Below, in pieces: positions 1-10,489 of a DNA stretch of 64,000 nucleotides (positions are counted from its first letter, which is position 1; each line of letters opens with the position of its first letter). The DNA comes from a virus. Both the position numbers and the translations under genes were made by a program. The notes under the pieces are model-generated. The model did no database searches and had not been told where the DNA came from. It was given only the letters and a program-made list of their open reading frames with translations. The DNA lies in the UHGV virus genome UHGV-0098755; one strand, 5' to 3'.

Positions 1-427
1 ATTTATAGTTAATTGCATCATTTGTATTAACTTGATACCGCTTAGCAAGTAACTTAATAATCAATACTTCGGTAGAATCTTCAACCAGTTTTGCCCATTT
101 ACCATATCTTTTACCCCGAGGAACAGCAGCCATCAGATAATTAAAATGGGCTTCATCGCTTAAACCCGATCCAATTAAATTCATAGCATATACAGCTGGC
201 ATGCACTCCGGAAATTGCGATAATGCATTCTCAACCATGTATTTTGAATAATCTTTTTGAGCAATAGAGCATTTAGTTTTATTATTAATAGCTCCAATTA
301 TTTCAAAAAACTCATTTTCAGCTTTTTCTTTAAAAGAATCAGCAGCAGATTGGACAGCTGTCCAATCTTTTGAATACCAAGCAACTTGATGCTCGTTTAA
401 TTGAATATCATCTTCAAATAAGCTCAT
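1..427 (-). CDS. 62: clamp-loader small subunit gp62, N-terminal part (gene runs past window start)
   Basis: Minus-strand ORF leaving the window; its ATG overlaps the gp44 stop; translation [22 protein letters not shown]... matches recalled T4 gp62; lies downstream of gene 44 as in T4. Confidence 0.8.
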   Translation of the reverse strand, partial: MSLFEDDIQLNEHQVAWYSKDWTAVQSAADSFKEKAENEFFEIIGAINNKTKCSIAQKDYSKYMVENALSQFPECMPAVYAMNLIGSGLSDEAHFNYLMAAVPRGKRYGKWAKLVEDSTEVLIIKLLAKRYQVNTNDAINYK

Positions 428-428
428 A

Positions 429-1388
429 TCACTTCCACTGCATTTCACATGCCAATTGAATGAAAAGATATGCTAAATGTAATTCAGTATTAGCCGCAAT
501 TCCATGGTACTGGTTATTTTCACCAACAATTTCATACATACGAATAATACTTTGCGGAGTTACGCGTGTATAGATTTCTTCAGCAAGTTTACCAACGAAC
601 CACGAATAATCAGCCGCATATTTTGGTGCTAAAGCTCTGAGTTGTTTAACATCTTTATTTTTGAGAGACTCAAGAACATCATCAATAGCACCACGATCGT
701 TAGTAACCAGTGATAAAATACCAGCATCCAAAACACCTTTAGATGAATAACTATCGAGCTCGCCAATAGTTTTACGAAAATCAGGAAAATTCTTTTTAAC
801 CAAAGCTGCTACAACTTTCATATCAGCTATAGCAATTCCTTCACGCTTGCAGATTTCAGTCAATCGACGAATCATCTGCTTCATCATTTCAATTTTATCT
901 TCATCGGTTGGTTGACCGAATGTAATAACTCGGCAGCGTGACTGAAGCGGTTTAATAATACCATCAATATTGTTAGCAGTAATAATAATACTACAGTTTG
1001 AACTATAAGCTTCCATAAAGGAACGAAGATGTCGCTGAGACTCTGCTAGCCCTGAGCGGTCAAATTCATCAATAACAATTACTTTTTGACGACCATCAAA
1101 TGAAGCTGCACTAGCAAAATTAGTCAAAGGACCACGAACGAAATCAATTTTACAATCTGACCCATTCACAAACATCATATCAGCATTTACATCATGACAC
1201 AATGCTTTTGCTACGGTTGTTTTACCTGTTCCTGGAGAAGGAGAATGAAGAATAATATGTGGAATCTTACCTTTACTTGTAATAGATTTAAAGGTTTCTT
1301 TATCAAAGGCGGGAAGAATACATTCATCGATAGTAGATGGACGATATTTCTGTTCAAGAATGTGTTCTTTTTCATTTACAGTAATCAT
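429..1388 (-). CDS. 44: clamp-loader large subunit gp44 (AAA+ ATPase)
   Basis: ORF track 429..1403; Walker [11 protein letters not shown] and Walker B VIVIDEFD; near-identical to recalled T4 gp44; start moved to internal Met (MITVNEKEH...) giving 319 aa. Confidence 0.93.
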   Translation of the reverse strand: MITVNEKEHILEQKYRPSTIDECILPAFDKETFKSITSKGKIPHIILHSPSPGTGKTTVAKALCHDVNADMMFVNGSDCKIDFVRGPLTNFASAASFDGRQKVIVIDEFDRSGLAESQRHLRSFMEAYSSNCSIIITANNIDGIIKPLQSRCRVITFGQPTDEDKIEMMKQMIRRLTEICKREGIAIADMKVVAALVKKNFPDFRKTIGELDSYSSKGVLDAGILSLVTNDRGAIDDVLESLKNKDVKQLRALAPKYAADYSWFVGKLAEEIYTRVTPQSIIRMYEIVGENNQYHGIAANTELHLAYLFIQLACEMQWK

Positions 1389-1413
1389 AATTTCCTCATT
1401 CAAGTTTTAGTGT

Positions 1414-1440
1414 AAATTATAAAGGGCCGAAGCCCTCTAT
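1414..1440 (-). other. stem-loop between genes 45 and 44
   Basis: AGAGGGC-TTCG-GCCCTTT hairpin in the 36 nt gap. Confidence 0.4.
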
Positions 1441-2126
1441 TAAAAATCGTGGGTAGAATCAGCTTCAAGAGCTACTACATAATTCGCGTGTTCACCTTCA
1501 AATTTAGCAGCACCTTGTTTACCTTTTGCCCAGAGCAGAAGTTTATAATTTCCTGGTTGCATTTTCATATTTGCCATATTGATAATGAAATTAAATGTAT
1601 TTTCACCATCATAATCACCAAGAGTCAAAGAATATTTAACACGGGTTAAAGCAGAATCTTCTACTTTATTAAAACCGTTAATTACGATTTTACCTTCTTT
1701 TACTGTGATAGCAATTGTATCAATCTGCAGACCGCGAGATACACGCAACAGTTGTTGAAGGTCTTCAGCTTTAATTTCAGTAACAACAGATGCTACCGGG
1801 AATGGAATTGGTTTATTAGGAGCAACGACTGTACTCGGATCAGCTGCCGGCCAAAAAATTGTTGAACGGGCATCAGCAATTTTAATATTACCATCTTCTG
1901 ACTGGGAAATTTCTGCATCATCATTAACTAGAGACAGAATACCGAGAAAACCGTTCAAATCGTAAATCGCTACATCAAAATCAATAGTGTCAGAAATATT
2001 TGCTTCCGCATAAGTTGTACCATTAACCGCGCGAGTCATAATAAATTGACCGGATTTAAGCATAATACCGGAGTTAATAGTAGCGAAATTTTTAAGCAGA
2101 GCAGTAGTATCTTTAGACAGTTTCAT
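1440..2126 (-). CDS. 45: sliding clamp gp45
   Basis: 228 aa, matches recalled T4 gp45 (MKLSKDTTALLKNFATINSG...). Confidence 0.93.
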   Translation of the reverse strand: MKLSKDTTALLKNFATINSGIMLKSGQFIMTRAVNGTTYAEANISDTIDFDVAIYDLNGFLGILSLVNDDAEISQSEDGNIKIADARSTIFWPAADPSTVVAPNKPIPFPVASVVTEIKAEDLQQLLRVSRGLQIDTIAITVKEGKIVINGFNKVEDSALTRVKYSLTLGDYDGENTFNFIINMANMKMQPGNYKLLLWAKGKQGAAKFEGEHANYVVALEADSTHDF

Positions 2127-2157
2127 GTAATTTCCTTCAATTCAAATGAGATTTAAT

Positions 2158-2181
2158 TTTATAACTAATTTAATAAAGCAA
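2158..2181 (-). promoter_or_regulatory. MotA-dependent middle promoter upstream of gene 45
   Basis: MotA box TTGCTTTA with TATAAA -10 about 11 nt downstream. Confidence 0.5.
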
Positions 2182-2571
2182 TTAACGATTAAAATCAGCA
2201 GCAATTGTTTCAGCAACAATTTGAGCAGCAATAATTAGACGTTCATCTGCATTACCGCAATAATCATCTTCAAGGCGTTCACCACATGAAGTCATAATAA
2301 ATTTAGCACCAGCATTTAGAGATTCTGTCGTATGTTTGCGCATTAGTTCAATCCATTTATCACTTACTTCACGATCGATGGCTTCATAATATGCATGACG
2401 AGCAGGTGCAGATTTAATTTTGTTCTGAATAACTTCCATTGCGTTATCAGAAAGAGACAAAACCCATGCTCGACGAATTTTATTTTGGTTTTGTGGATTT
2501 GATTCAGAACGCACGTATTTTGGCTGAATATCTTTTACATCAACAGTATAATTCACAGTAATTTTAGTCAT
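2182..2571 (-). CDS. rpbA: RNA polymerase binding protein RpbA
   Basis: 129 aa ORF between 45 and 46, size and position as T4 rpbA. Confidence 0.7.
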   Translation of the reverse strand: MTKITVNYTVDVKDIQPKYVRSESNPQNQNKIRRAWVLSLSDNAMEVIQNKIKSAPARHAYYEAIDREVSDKWIELMRKHTTESLNAGAKFIMTSCGERLEDDYCGNADERLIIAAQIVAETIAADFNR

Positions 2572-2580
2572 AATACACCT

Positions 2581-2769
2581 TTAGTCATAATAATCAGTAA
2601 CAGTCCAAGCTTCATTTCTATTGGACATTATTTTCGTATATTCTGATTTAAATGCATTCTTAAGCATAGATTCAGTAACTATATGCTCTTCATTAGAAAA
2701 ATTATTTCTCAGAATATATCGTTTTATTTCAGGAATAGTTAATAGATGCTGTCCAGTTGAATATTCCAT
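2581..2769 (-). CDS. small early protein (T4 45.2 position)
   Basis: 62 aa ORF, size and position of T4 45.2. Confidence 0.55.
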   Translation of the reverse strand: MEYSTGQHLLTIPEIKRYILRNNFSNEEHIVTESMLKNAFKSEYTKIMSNRNEAWTVTDYYD

Positions 2770-2785
2770 GTTTTTCCTCCATAGA

Positions 2786-2811
2786 GATTATACTCTAATA
2801 AATTAAAGCAT
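2786..2811 (-). promoter_or_regulatory. MotA-type middle promoter upstream of 45.2/rpbA
   Basis: ATGCTTTA box, 12 nt spacer, TATAAT. Confidence 0.45.
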
Positions 2812-2824
2812 AATCTCTTATAAA

Positions 2825-4507
2825 TTAAACCATTACAGTAAATCGACCAACTTTCTTCATTTGAAGATGCTGACCATATTCTTGCGGGTCATGGTCTTTA
2901 TGCGAAATTATAAAAACATTAGTGTTTTTCATTGAATTTATAATATTAGCTACACCTTTAATACCTTCGGCATCAAATGACCCATCAAACACTTCATCGA
3001 GTATTAATGTACTAATACTAACACCAGATACAATAGAAGCAATATCACGCCAAGTAAATAAAAGAGCAATATCGATTCGTGCTTTTTCACCTTCACTAAA
3101 TGAAGCATAACTAAAATCTTCACGACCACGGGATTTAATTGTCTCATTAAATTCTTCATCTAATGTAAACACATAATCCGCTTCCATTATTTTAAGATAA
3201 TGGTTAATCTGCTTATTAAATAATGGAATGTACTTTTTAATAATAGCACCTTTAATACCAGAATCTTTGAGCATATCAGTCAAAATTCCTCGGTGGTATT
3301 TTTCCATTACTAAATTAGTTTTTGTCTTAACAATTTTATCAAGTTCTTCTTGAAGCAGTGCTATTTCATCAGCATGGTCAATAAACTCAGATGATGCTTT
3401 TTCTATAGCCGCTTTAACTTTTTTAGCTTTATCTACTGCTGCGATCAGAGATTGCTTTTTATTGCGAATATCATTTGCCAACGACTGCTGAGTTTTAATA
3501 TTATCTCGGTATTCATCAACAAGAACTTTTAAATTATCACGATGTGTTGAAAGCTGTTCAAACGAATGCGTACATTCAGAAACTTTATCTTTAATTTTAG
3601 AAACAACTTTATCACCGGAACTCAATTGTGACAAACAGGTTGGACATAATCCGCCTTCGTGATACATATTAATGACTTTATTATACGAGTCAATTTTTGA
3701 TTTAATTAAAAATGCTTCTTGACCGATTTTATTAAACGCATCAGTTGGGTCTTCGTCTAAAACAATATTAACTAATCTTTCATTAGCTTCTTCTATTTCC
3801 GATTTTAGCGTTCTAGCTTCTTTTGCCAAATCATCATACATATTTTGTAGACGAGTAAGGTTGTCACCCGTTAATTTTTTCTGGCGTTCAACGTTATCAT
3901 TATATATTTTAATTTGCTGGATAATACTATCTTTTTTAACATCAAGCACTTGGTTTTGTGAATTTAATTCACGTATTAGTGCTTTATTAAGCTTATCCAT
4001 TTCAGCTAATGTTCCTACCTCAAGCAGGTCTTCCACAAGCTTTCTTCGCGCAGGGGTCGACAAACCCATGAAAGGGGTATACCCTGCTGTACCAAGGACA
4101 ACAATCTGCTTGAAACTGGCATATGACATTCCGATAAGCTGTTCAAATTCTGCTTGGAAATCTTTACTGCTGGCAGATTCATTAAGACGTGTACCGTTAA
4201 CGGTGATTTCGAAAACGTTTGGTTTTTGTCCTCTTTTGATATAGTACTTTTTCTCATCATATTCCATCCACAGTTCAACTAAAAGTTCTTTCTTATTTGT
4301 GCTGTTTATTAATTGACCTTTCTTTACATCACGAAATGGCTTGCCAAAAAGCCCAAATGTGATGGCTTCTAACATAGTAGACTTACCACCGCCATTTCGT
4401 CCAGTAATAAGAGTTTTTTGAACCTTATCTAGTTGAATGTCAATAGGATTTCCACCTACTGACATTATATTTTGATACCTAACTCGGTTTAGTTTAAAAT
4501 TCTTCAC
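2825..4507 (-). CDS. 46: recombination endonuclease subunit gp46 (Rad50/SbcC-like ATPase)
   Basis: 560 aa; N-terminal P-loop GRNGGGKST, long coiled-coil with CPTC zinc hook, C-terminal LILDEVFDG signature. Confidence 0.92.
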   Translation of the reverse strand: MKNFKLNRVRYQNIMSVGGNPIDIQLDKVQKTLITGRNGGGKSTMLEAITFGLFGKPFRDVKKGQLINSTNKKELLVELWMEYDEKKYYIKRGQKPNVFEITVNGTRLNESASSKDFQAEFEQLIGMSYASFKQIVVLGTAGYTPFMGLSTPARRKLVEDLLEVGTLAEMDKLNKALIRELNSQNQVLDVKKDSIIQQIKIYNDNVERQKKLTGDNLTRLQNMYDDLAKEARTLKSEIEEANERLVNIVLDEDPTDAFNKIGQEAFLIKSKIDSYNKVINMYHEGGLCPTCLSQLSSGDKVVSKIKDKVSECTHSFEQLSTHRDNLKVLVDEYRDNIKTQQSLANDIRNKKQSLIAAVDKAKKVKAAIEKASSEFIDHADEIALLQEELDKIVKTKTNLVMEKYHRGILTDMLKDSGIKGAIIKKYIPLFNKQINHYLKIMEADYVFTLDEEFNETIKSRGREDFSYASFSEGEKARIDIALLFTWRDIASIVSGVSISTLILDEVFDGSFDAEGIKGVANIINSMKNTNVFIISHKDHDPQEYGQHLQMKKVGRFTVMV

Positions 4508-4767
4508 AAAAGATTCCTTTTAATGTATCTTTTAGACCATTCTATCATATCATCATAATCTAAAAAGTATTCATCAAATTCAGCCATGCAAACAACACCT
4601 TGCGCTGCTTTTGATGTGATATAAATTATTCCAACATATCTAGAATCTTCTTCGGTGTAATCAATATTTGCTATGAATTCATCATTAATGTCAAATGTCG
4701 AAAACTTCACAGTATGCATCCTTAATACAAGATACAGCCATATCTTGTAATGATTTAGGTGTGTCAT
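4504..4767 (-). CDS. hypothetical protein (T4 46.1 position)
   Basis: 87 aa ORF; overlaps next ORF, start uncertain. Confidence 0.45.
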   Translation of the reverse strand: MTHLNHYKIWLYLVLRMHTVKFSTFDINDEFIANIDYTEEDSRYVGIIYITSKAAQGVVCMAEFDEYFLDYDDMIEWSKRYIKRNLL

Positions 4768-4954
4768 TATCTAAAATGTTGAAGTTAAAAGATACAGCCC
4801 AGTCAGTGCAGACCGTAACCTTTTTAATACAATTATCTTCAACTTCTAGGGGTTCAAACCAATATTCAATAATTTCTTTATGCCCAATATCATCTTTTAC
4901 TTCGCATTCAAAATGCTGACACATCATAACATTTTTAAATTCATCAAAAGTCAT
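4691..4954 (-). CDS. hypothetical protein (T4 46.2 position)
   Basis: 87 aa ORF directly downstream of gene 47. Confidence 0.45.
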   Translation of the reverse strand: MTFDEFKNVMMCQHFECEVKDDIGHKEIIEYWFEPLEVEDNCIKKVTVCTDWAVSFNFNILDNDTPKSLQDMAVSCIKDAYCEVFDI

Positions 4955-5970
4955 TGTGTTGCCTCTACATATAACTGATTTGCATATTGAATAAGTGCTT
5001 CACGGTCAGAATCAGTGATGTCTGGAATTGCATTAATGTATTCTTCCATCAATGTCTGAAGAGATTGAACTTCAACTTCTTCACTATCATCTGACTCGAC
5101 AGAGTTATCAATCTTTGACACAACTCGTAATGAATGCACAACTTTTTCTAGTTCAGATTCGAACTTCGTTAGATTTTTGTCTACCTCAGTTACTATAACA
5201 CGCACTGATAGATTTGTAAAATCTTTATAGTCAATTTTTCCTTTAAATGGATACTGAATTCGACGATGCCAGGTAGTGTTGTTTGGAATAAATTCCATTC
5301 GTTCTGTTTCTGTATCAAACATCCAGAACCCACGAGGGTCATTCTCGTCACCCGCAGTTAGTGTCCATGGTGTCCCAATATATCTGACGTTAGCAGCCTC
5401 AGAGATAGTATGGAAGTGACCAGACCACACTTCTTTATAAGTCTTAAGGAAATCAGGTTCAAGACCGTGAGATTTCATTCCTTTATAAAAATAAAATCCA
5501 TTCAGTTCCCAGTGACCAACACAAAAAGAAGCAGATGAAGTTTTGATGTGTTCAAGAATTTCACCAGTATTTTCTTCGCACATCCAAGGAATTAAATCAA
5601 TCAAACATCCGTCAAAATCTACTGTAGTAGGCTTATCATATACTTTAACATTAGGGTATTTAGCCAAAAGCTCAGTAGAAGCATTTGGAGTTAAAGTATT
5701 TTTAAAGTGCATATCATGGTTTCCTACAACAGTATGTAGGGTAATACCAGCATCATCAAGCATTTGAACTATTTCACGGGCAAACTCCATAGTTTTATGC
5801 GTGATTGCTTTTCGCACATCAAAAATATCACCGTATTGAATCCATGTAGTAATTCCGTTTTTCTTAGAATATTCTATCGCTTGCTTAATTCCATCCAGCT
5901 GAATAGATTGAACCCACTCATCATCAGCTTTAACGCCTAAATGCCAATCACCTAAATTTAAAATTTTCAT
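4951..5970 (-). CDS. 47: recombination endonuclease subunit gp47 (Mre11/SbcD-like phosphoesterase)
   Basis: 339 aa; calcineurin-like phosphoesterase motifs (GDWHLG, GDIFD, GNHD, GHWE, GHFH). Confidence 0.92.
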   Translation of the reverse strand: MKILNLGDWHLGVKADDEWVQSIQLDGIKQAIEYSKKNGITTWIQYGDIFDVRKAITHKTMEFAREIVQMLDDAGITLHTVVGNHDMHFKNTLTPNASTELLAKYPNVKVYDKPTTVDFDGCLIDLIPWMCEENTGEILEHIKTSSASFCVGHWELNGFYFYKGMKSHGLEPDFLKTYKEVWSGHFHTISEAANVRYIGTPWTLTAGDENDPRGFWMFDTETERMEFIPNNTTWHRRIQYPFKGKIDYKDFTNLSVRVIVTEVDKNLTKFESELEKVVHSLRVVSKIDNSVESDDSEEVEVQSLQTLMEEYINAIPDITDSDREALIQYANQLYVEATQ

Positions 5971-6146
5971 ATATCAAGAACCGTCATTGAAATGCAAAAT
6001 AAAATTATTGAAATAAATCCATCTGGAGTACTAAAGAACCCAATCCAACACGCTCTGGTGAATAGATAAAATGCAAGAAAAAGTATCACATATCCAAGAA
6101 ATATCATTATATCAAACTCCGTATAAAGCTAAAGGGCCGAAGCCCT

Positions 6147-7349
6147 TTATTTTGTAATAATGTCAAACTGCTCTTTAAAGCAGAAGCTTGAATCTTGGTG
6201 CTGATACAAAAATTCATAAGCTTTTTCACGTTCACGGTCATAAAGAGCTCGGTCAGATGACAGTTCTTTAATACGTTCAAATGTTGATTCCATGTCATTT
6301 TCATCAAACCAAACGATACCGCTATCGTGTGAAATTAATGGAGTATTATCAACACGGAATTTTAAATTTTCGCCAGTAGATTTCCAAAATACTGGAATTG
6401 TTCCACATGCACCAAGCTCGAGATGAGTGTATTCTAAAGAACGCTGTAGATATTTTTTATCTAATTTACTCAGCTGATAACCAAATCCGGATTTACTCAT
6501 GCGTTCAAGCATTTCGCTATTTACATAACGGTCAAGAATTTGCGTTGGCAAATTAGGAGCAATTTTAATTTGGTCTACTTGATGAAGACGATAATACTCG
6601 TATGGAATTCCTTTTTCTTTAATAGGAATGAACGCTGGAGAACGTTCCAGACCTTCCATAATAGTACTTAGTCCTGCAGGTTTAAGATGTTTTTCATGAA
6701 AATCAAACATCTGATAAAAGCCTTTCCATGTAGTAGTACGACCAATCCAACGGTTGATATTCATGTTAATTTCAGAAACATCTTTCCAGTAGGTTGATCG
6801 AACCTTCGCAATATCCATAGGAGGCTGAAAGTTATATACGGTCGGTGCTTCTTCAATATCATCAAACAAAGAAACAGTTTCCGGATACCATTCTTTCATT
6901 AAAACTTTATTAAAATCACCATTATCAGAATGGCTAAAAATAACATCAGCTCGACGAACAGTTTCTTCTAATCCCAAATTTCGACGCAAAGAAAGAGAAG
7001 AATGGTCATGCTGATAAACTACAACACGAACCGAAGGTTTAATGTTATCAATAATTTTTTTATAGTTATTAATCGTGTCTTCTTCAACTGAAGTAGCAGG
7101 AACTGAATTGATAACTAGAATATCACAATCATTTACCAGCTTAAGTGTTTTATCGTATTCTTTTGCCAATAAAACTGGAATTGAAAATGACTTATAATCA
7201 TGCGCACAATTACGAGTAAATGATTTATCTTTAGCATAAACCAAAGTTACTTCATGACCATTTTTAATAAACCAATCACGCTGCTCAAGAGAAAATTTAG
7301 TTACACCGCAACCTTCAAGACCTCGAGCCATAAAAATACATACTTTCAT
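6147..7349 (-). CDS. a-gt: alpha-glucosyltransferase (DNA hmC glucosylation)
   Basis: 400 aa ORF; length, position (after 47) and N-terminus as recalled for T4 a-gt. Confidence 0.8.
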   Translation of the reverse strand: MKVCIFMARGLEGCGVTKFSLEQRDWFIKNGHEVTLVYAKDKSFTRNCAHDYKSFSIPVLLAKEYDKTLKLVNDCDILVINSVPATSVEEDTINNYKKIIDNIKPSVRVVVYQHDHSSLSLRRNLGLEETVRRADVIFSHSDNGDFNKVLMKEWYPETVSLFDDIEEAPTVYNFQPPMDIAKVRSTYWKDVSEINMNINRWIGRTTTWKGFYQMFDFHEKHLKPAGLSTIMEGLERSPAFIPIKEKGIPYEYYRLHQVDQIKIAPNLPTQILDRYVNSEMLERMSKSGFGYQLSKLDKKYLQRSLEYTHLELGACGTIPVFWKSTGENLKFRVDNTPLISHDSGIVWFDENDMESTFERIKELSSDRALYDREREKAYEFLYQHQDSSFCFKEQFDIITK

Positions 7350-7373
7350 TTAATGTCCTCATTGTTTTGGTTT

Positions 7374-7398
7374 ATTTTACCAAAAATTTATAAAGCAA
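7374..7398 (-). promoter_or_regulatory. MotA-type middle promoter upstream of a-gt
   Basis: TTGCTTTA box, 11 nt spacer, TAAAAT. Confidence 0.45.
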
Positions 7399-7592
7399 TA
7401 TAGGAGCCGAGGCTCCTATCCACATAATACACCATACAGAGGCTCATTAGAGCTTCTAAATTTTATGCGCTTATATGTTATAGTTCCTTCTGCTTTAGCT
7501 TTATCATGAGACTCTTTAAAGCGTCTCATCATTTCTACTTTAGAGGAACGAATTTTATTATAATCTATTTCAGAAGTCTGGGTGTTCATCTT

Positions 7593-7799
7593 TCACAGTT
7601 GCCACCATTTTTTGACTTGATAAGAATCAACCCACACTTTCATATTAGGGTCTGCTCTTACAATAGGAGGATTAACTTCTTTAATTGAACTATCATGGTA
7701 TTCTTTTTCAGAAATTTTCACACAAAGATGACCATTCAAAGATTCAGTAAATCCTGCATTAATTTTAAGACGCTTGAATTTTACGTGTGTAAGCATCAA
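7593..7799 (-). CDS. hypothetical small early protein
   Basis: 68 aa ORF, no recognisable domain. Confidence 0.35.
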   Translation of the reverse strand: MMLTHVKFKRLKINAGFTESLNGHLCVKISEKEYHDSSIKEVNPPIVRADPNMKVWVDSYQVKKWWQL

Positions 7800-8082
7800 T
7801 CATATCCTCAATCTGTGATCTAGTAGTCTTCCAAAGAATACTAATGAGTTCATCATTATATGGCTGTTTTAGAATATCCCGACTTTTCTTGATAGCATAT
7901 TCGTATTGAGCAAAATTATTGTTTTCAGCTGCAATCTGAGCGTGTTTATAAAGACGGTTCAGTTCGCGTTTGTTTTTAGACAATAACTTATTTGCTTTTC
8001 TTTCTGCTTCAAGACGGTTCTTTTCTTCAATAGAAGAAATAAGCTTTTCCACTTCATCATTAATTTCGGGTTTATCAGTCAT
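7765..8082 (-). CDS. hypothetical protein
   Basis: 105 aa ORF, charged and helical. Confidence 0.45.
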   Translation of the reverse strand: MTDKPEINDEVEKLISSIEEKNRLEAERKANKLLSKNKRELNRLYKHAQIAAENNNFAQYEYAIKKSRDILKQPYNDELISILWKTTRSQIEDMIDAYTRKIQAS

Positions 8083-8083
8083 A

Positions 8084-8302
8084 TTATTTCTCTAATATAA
8101 AATAAAAATCATCATCTGTTAAATGATACCGATAGTTTAATTCTACACCATTAGATTTAAAAGCGGTATCATACGGATTTTCTGGATCAATATCAATGTC
8201 AAGAGCTAAAACTTCCCTGAGATACATTTTAAGTAAATAGGGAATAGCTTCAACTTCAGGTATTTCTTCCAAGAATCCGGAGAGGTTAATCGTTAGCCTC
8301 AT
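8084..8302 (-). CDS. hypothetical protein
   Basis: 72 aa ORF immediately downstream of gene 55. Confidence 0.45.
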
Positions 8303-8843
8303 ATAAAAAATCCAAACTAGGAGAATCGTCTACAACACTTTTCTTTTCAGCCCCCGGTGTTCTATAGGTTGATTCTTCGTAATGCGTCATTTTATCGTAG
8401 ATGTCTTGAATAAAAGTTTCATCTACTAACGCAACCATATCGTCGTCACGACTGTCATAGACATTGTGAACGAAGTAACTATATTTCTTTGCAACTTCCT
8501 TACGTTCTTTTTTAATACGTTGGACGAATGCATTAAAACAAGCTTGAGTTATATATGCATGTGGGTTTTTATATTTCGTTTCATCAAAATTATGAAGCCC
8601 CTTAATAGAAGCTTCTATACCATCTGCAATCATTTCTTGTTTCCAAGACTGGGTGTATCCTGAAAAGTTGAAACGTTTAGATAAGCCTTCTGCAATAAGC
8701 ATAATGGCTAATCCGATAGTATCATTCTGACGAACTACTTTATTTGGGTCTTTATTATTTGCTAATTCTGTTTTCCAATCAATAATAGCTTGTAAAAGCT
8801 CTTTATTGTTTACGTAATTATATTTAGGCTTAGTTTCTGACAT
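8286..8843 (-). CDS. 55: late-transcription sigma factor gp55
   Basis: Matches recalled T4 gp55 ([23 protein letters not shown]...); start placed at third Met to give 185 aa. Confidence 0.9.
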
Positions 8844-8872
8844 TTTCACCTCTTAGCTCAATTCATAGATCT

Positions 8873-8909
8873 ATTATATCATAATATTTGAAGATCTATC
8901 TTAAAGCAT
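8873..8909 (-). promoter_or_regulatory. MotA-type middle promoter upstream of gene 55
   Basis: ATGCTTTA box followed by TATTAT/TATAAT candidates. Confidence 0.4.
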
Positions 8910-8925
8910 AGAGGATGAATCAATT

Positions 8926-9141
8926 TTACGTATTCATTAAGTTAGCCGCTTCGAGAGCTGCATCTAGTGAATCAAATTGATCGACATATTCAATTAATTC
9001 GCCATAATTAGCATATAACCACCATTGGCTAAATTCATACTCAAGGATGAATCCATTTCCTTCAATTTGAGTTAAACCATTGCCGTTTGTATTTACTTCA
9101 TATCCGGCAAGACGCAAATCGTTAATAAGAGCTTCGTTCAT
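8926..9141 (-). CDS. hypothetical protein
   Basis: 71 aa ORF. Confidence 0.4.
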   Translation of the reverse strand: MNEALINDLRLAGYEVNTNGNGLTQIEGNGFILEYEFSQWWLYANYGELIEYVDQFDSLDAALEAANLMNT

Positions 9142-9143
9142 AA

Positions 9144-9470
9144 TTATACCTTAGTAATTTTCAGGTCTGCAAATTTTTTCTTGCGTTGATTTTTCATGCG
9201 ACGAATAGTTTTATCGGAAATTTCATGTTTTTGATAAGCTTTAGATTCTACGCCAAAAGCTTTAACATCAAATTCTGACAAGATATATTGAACTAACAAT
9301 TCACGGACAGTATTGCGTCCAATCTTCTGATCATTCTGTTTCATCGTCTGATGAAGCTCTTTTTCCCATTTATCCAAAATTTGAGGAGTTACAATATCGC
9401 CTTTTTCTAGCAGAGAAACTACTTTATCATATGCGTAAGAATTGATGGCGTTTTTAATTTGAATAGTCAT
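9144..9470 (-). CDS. hypothetical protein
   Basis: 108 aa ORF. Confidence 0.45.
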   Translation of the reverse strand: MTIQIKNAINSYAYDKVVSLLEKGDIVTPQILDKWEKELHQTMKQNDQKIGRNTVRELLVQYILSEFDVKAFGVESKAYQKHEISDKTIRRMKNQRKKKFADLKITKV

Positions 9471-9494
9471 ACATTATCCTCAATTACGTTAAAA

Positions 9495-9524
9495 TTTTAT
9501 TATCCAAAAAGGGCCGAAGCCCTT
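9495..9524 (-). terminator. intrinsic terminator hairpin
   Basis: GC stem (AAGGGC-TTCG-GCCCTT on minus strand) followed by U-rich run. Confidence 0.55.
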
Positions 9525-9723
9525 AGCTAAACTGTTTGGCACCCTTCCAGCCTTCGTACATCATTGCGGCTGATATTAATATTGCTCCTGAGCAACTCGA
9601 ATATTTGTGATTCCAAAACCAGTTTAGAAAAACTTCATCATCAATACCTTGGGCTATCATATTTTCAAAGAACTGACGACGAGATTCGGCAATTCGTTGT
9701 GATAATTTAGATTCAGGATTCAT
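9523..9723 (-). CDS. hypothetical protein
   Basis: 66 aa ORF followed by a terminator hairpin. Confidence 0.4.
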   Translation of the reverse strand: MNPESKLSQRIAESRRQFFENMIAQGIDDEVFLNWFWNHKYSSCSGAILISAAMMYEGWKGAKQFS

Positions 9724-9855
9724 TTAAATTTTCCAGTTACCGTTTTCATCAATAAATTTAATCCAGTCATTTACTGACCACTTAGTTGTATCACCTTTTG
9801 GAGTAACATTTAAAGTGTATAATCCTTGTTTAAAAAGCATACGTTTGATATTCAT
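9724..9855 (-). CDS. hypothetical small protein
   Basis: Track ORF 9724..9939 trimmed to internal ATG (MNIKRMLFK...) preceded by GAGGA; the longer form would overlap the upstream gene by 77 nt. Confidence 0.3.
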   Translation of the reverse strand: MNIKRMLFKQGLYTLNVTPKGDTTKWSVNDWIKFIDENGNWKI

Positions 9856-9862
9856 ATTTTCC

Positions 9863-10156
9863 TCAGCTGTAACGATAGCACTCGTTTGATTTACGTTTAG
9901 CAACTCGTTGAGAAGTATTATAATCAAAATCATCATCAATGTAAACTGATTTTTTCAACTTTCTTACTTCACTACGTAATTGACGATTTAGCTCATCTTT
10001 AACTTCTGAATCAATGCCTTTCATTCTACGCCATTTATCTGAGCGAAAAATGTTTTCAACCATATCTTTATGACTTACCCCATCAGGAGCTTTACGCTTT
10101 CCGAAATAGTCATAATCACGCACTTTTAAGTCTTTACGACGATACGTTTTACCCAT
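9863..10156 (-). CDS. hypothetical basic protein
   Basis: Track ORF 9863..10195 trimmed to internal ATG (MGKTYRRKDL...); lysine/arginine-rich. Confidence 0.4.
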   Translation of the reverse strand: MGKTYRRKDLKVRDYDYFGKRKAPDGVSHKDMVENIFRSDKWRRMKGIDSEVKDELNRQLRSEVRKLKKSVYIDDDFDYNTSQRVAKRKSNECYRYS

Positions 10157-10331
10157 GGAGTTTAATTTCCTTAGCAATTGAACTAAATGCAGCACGATCG
10201 CAAATCATGCGTTTATGTAACTTGAGTATAATATAGCAAACTTCAAAACTATTTACATGAGTAACACGAACAGCATTACCATTCACGAGATAATACTGTC
10301 CCTTTTTAATTTCTTTATCAACCACAACCAT
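10149..10331 (-). CDS. hypothetical small protein
   Basis: 60 aa ORF. Confidence 0.35.
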   Translation of the reverse strand: MVVVDKEIKKGQYYLVNGNAVRVTHVNSFEVCYIILKLHKRMICDRAAFSSIAKEIKLHG

Positions 10332-10461
10332 ATCAATTCCTCAAAGGTAATTCATATGTTAATAATACCACAGTTTGAACTTGTTGTAAACAACTTTGTG
10401 AAAATTATTTTAGGGAATGATAAGAAAGGAACGATAGCTTAGAATGGTAATATACAGAATG

Positions 10462-10487
10462 TGAGAAAGAAAGGCCCAGAGGGCCCG
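10462..10487 (-). terminator. intrinsic terminator after nrdH
   Basis: GGGCCC-TCT-GGGCC hairpin then UUUCUUUC. Confidence 0.55.
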
Positions 10488-10489
10488 TC

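Noticed and set aside
1194-1415. Plus-strand 73 aa ORF inside gene 44
   Set aside because: Antisense to a highly conserved gene; low-complexity Cys/Phe-rich translation; typical spurious ORF in AT-rich DNA. The same applies to the other short plus-strand ORFs in 1-46000 (e.g. 2621..2806, 3861..4244, 12449..12852, 24368..24643).
6107-6307. 66 aa minus-strand ORF overlapping the a-gt 3' end
   Set aside because: Lies largely inside a-gt in another frame and spans the 47/a-gt hairpin; no support for a T4 47.1-like gene here.
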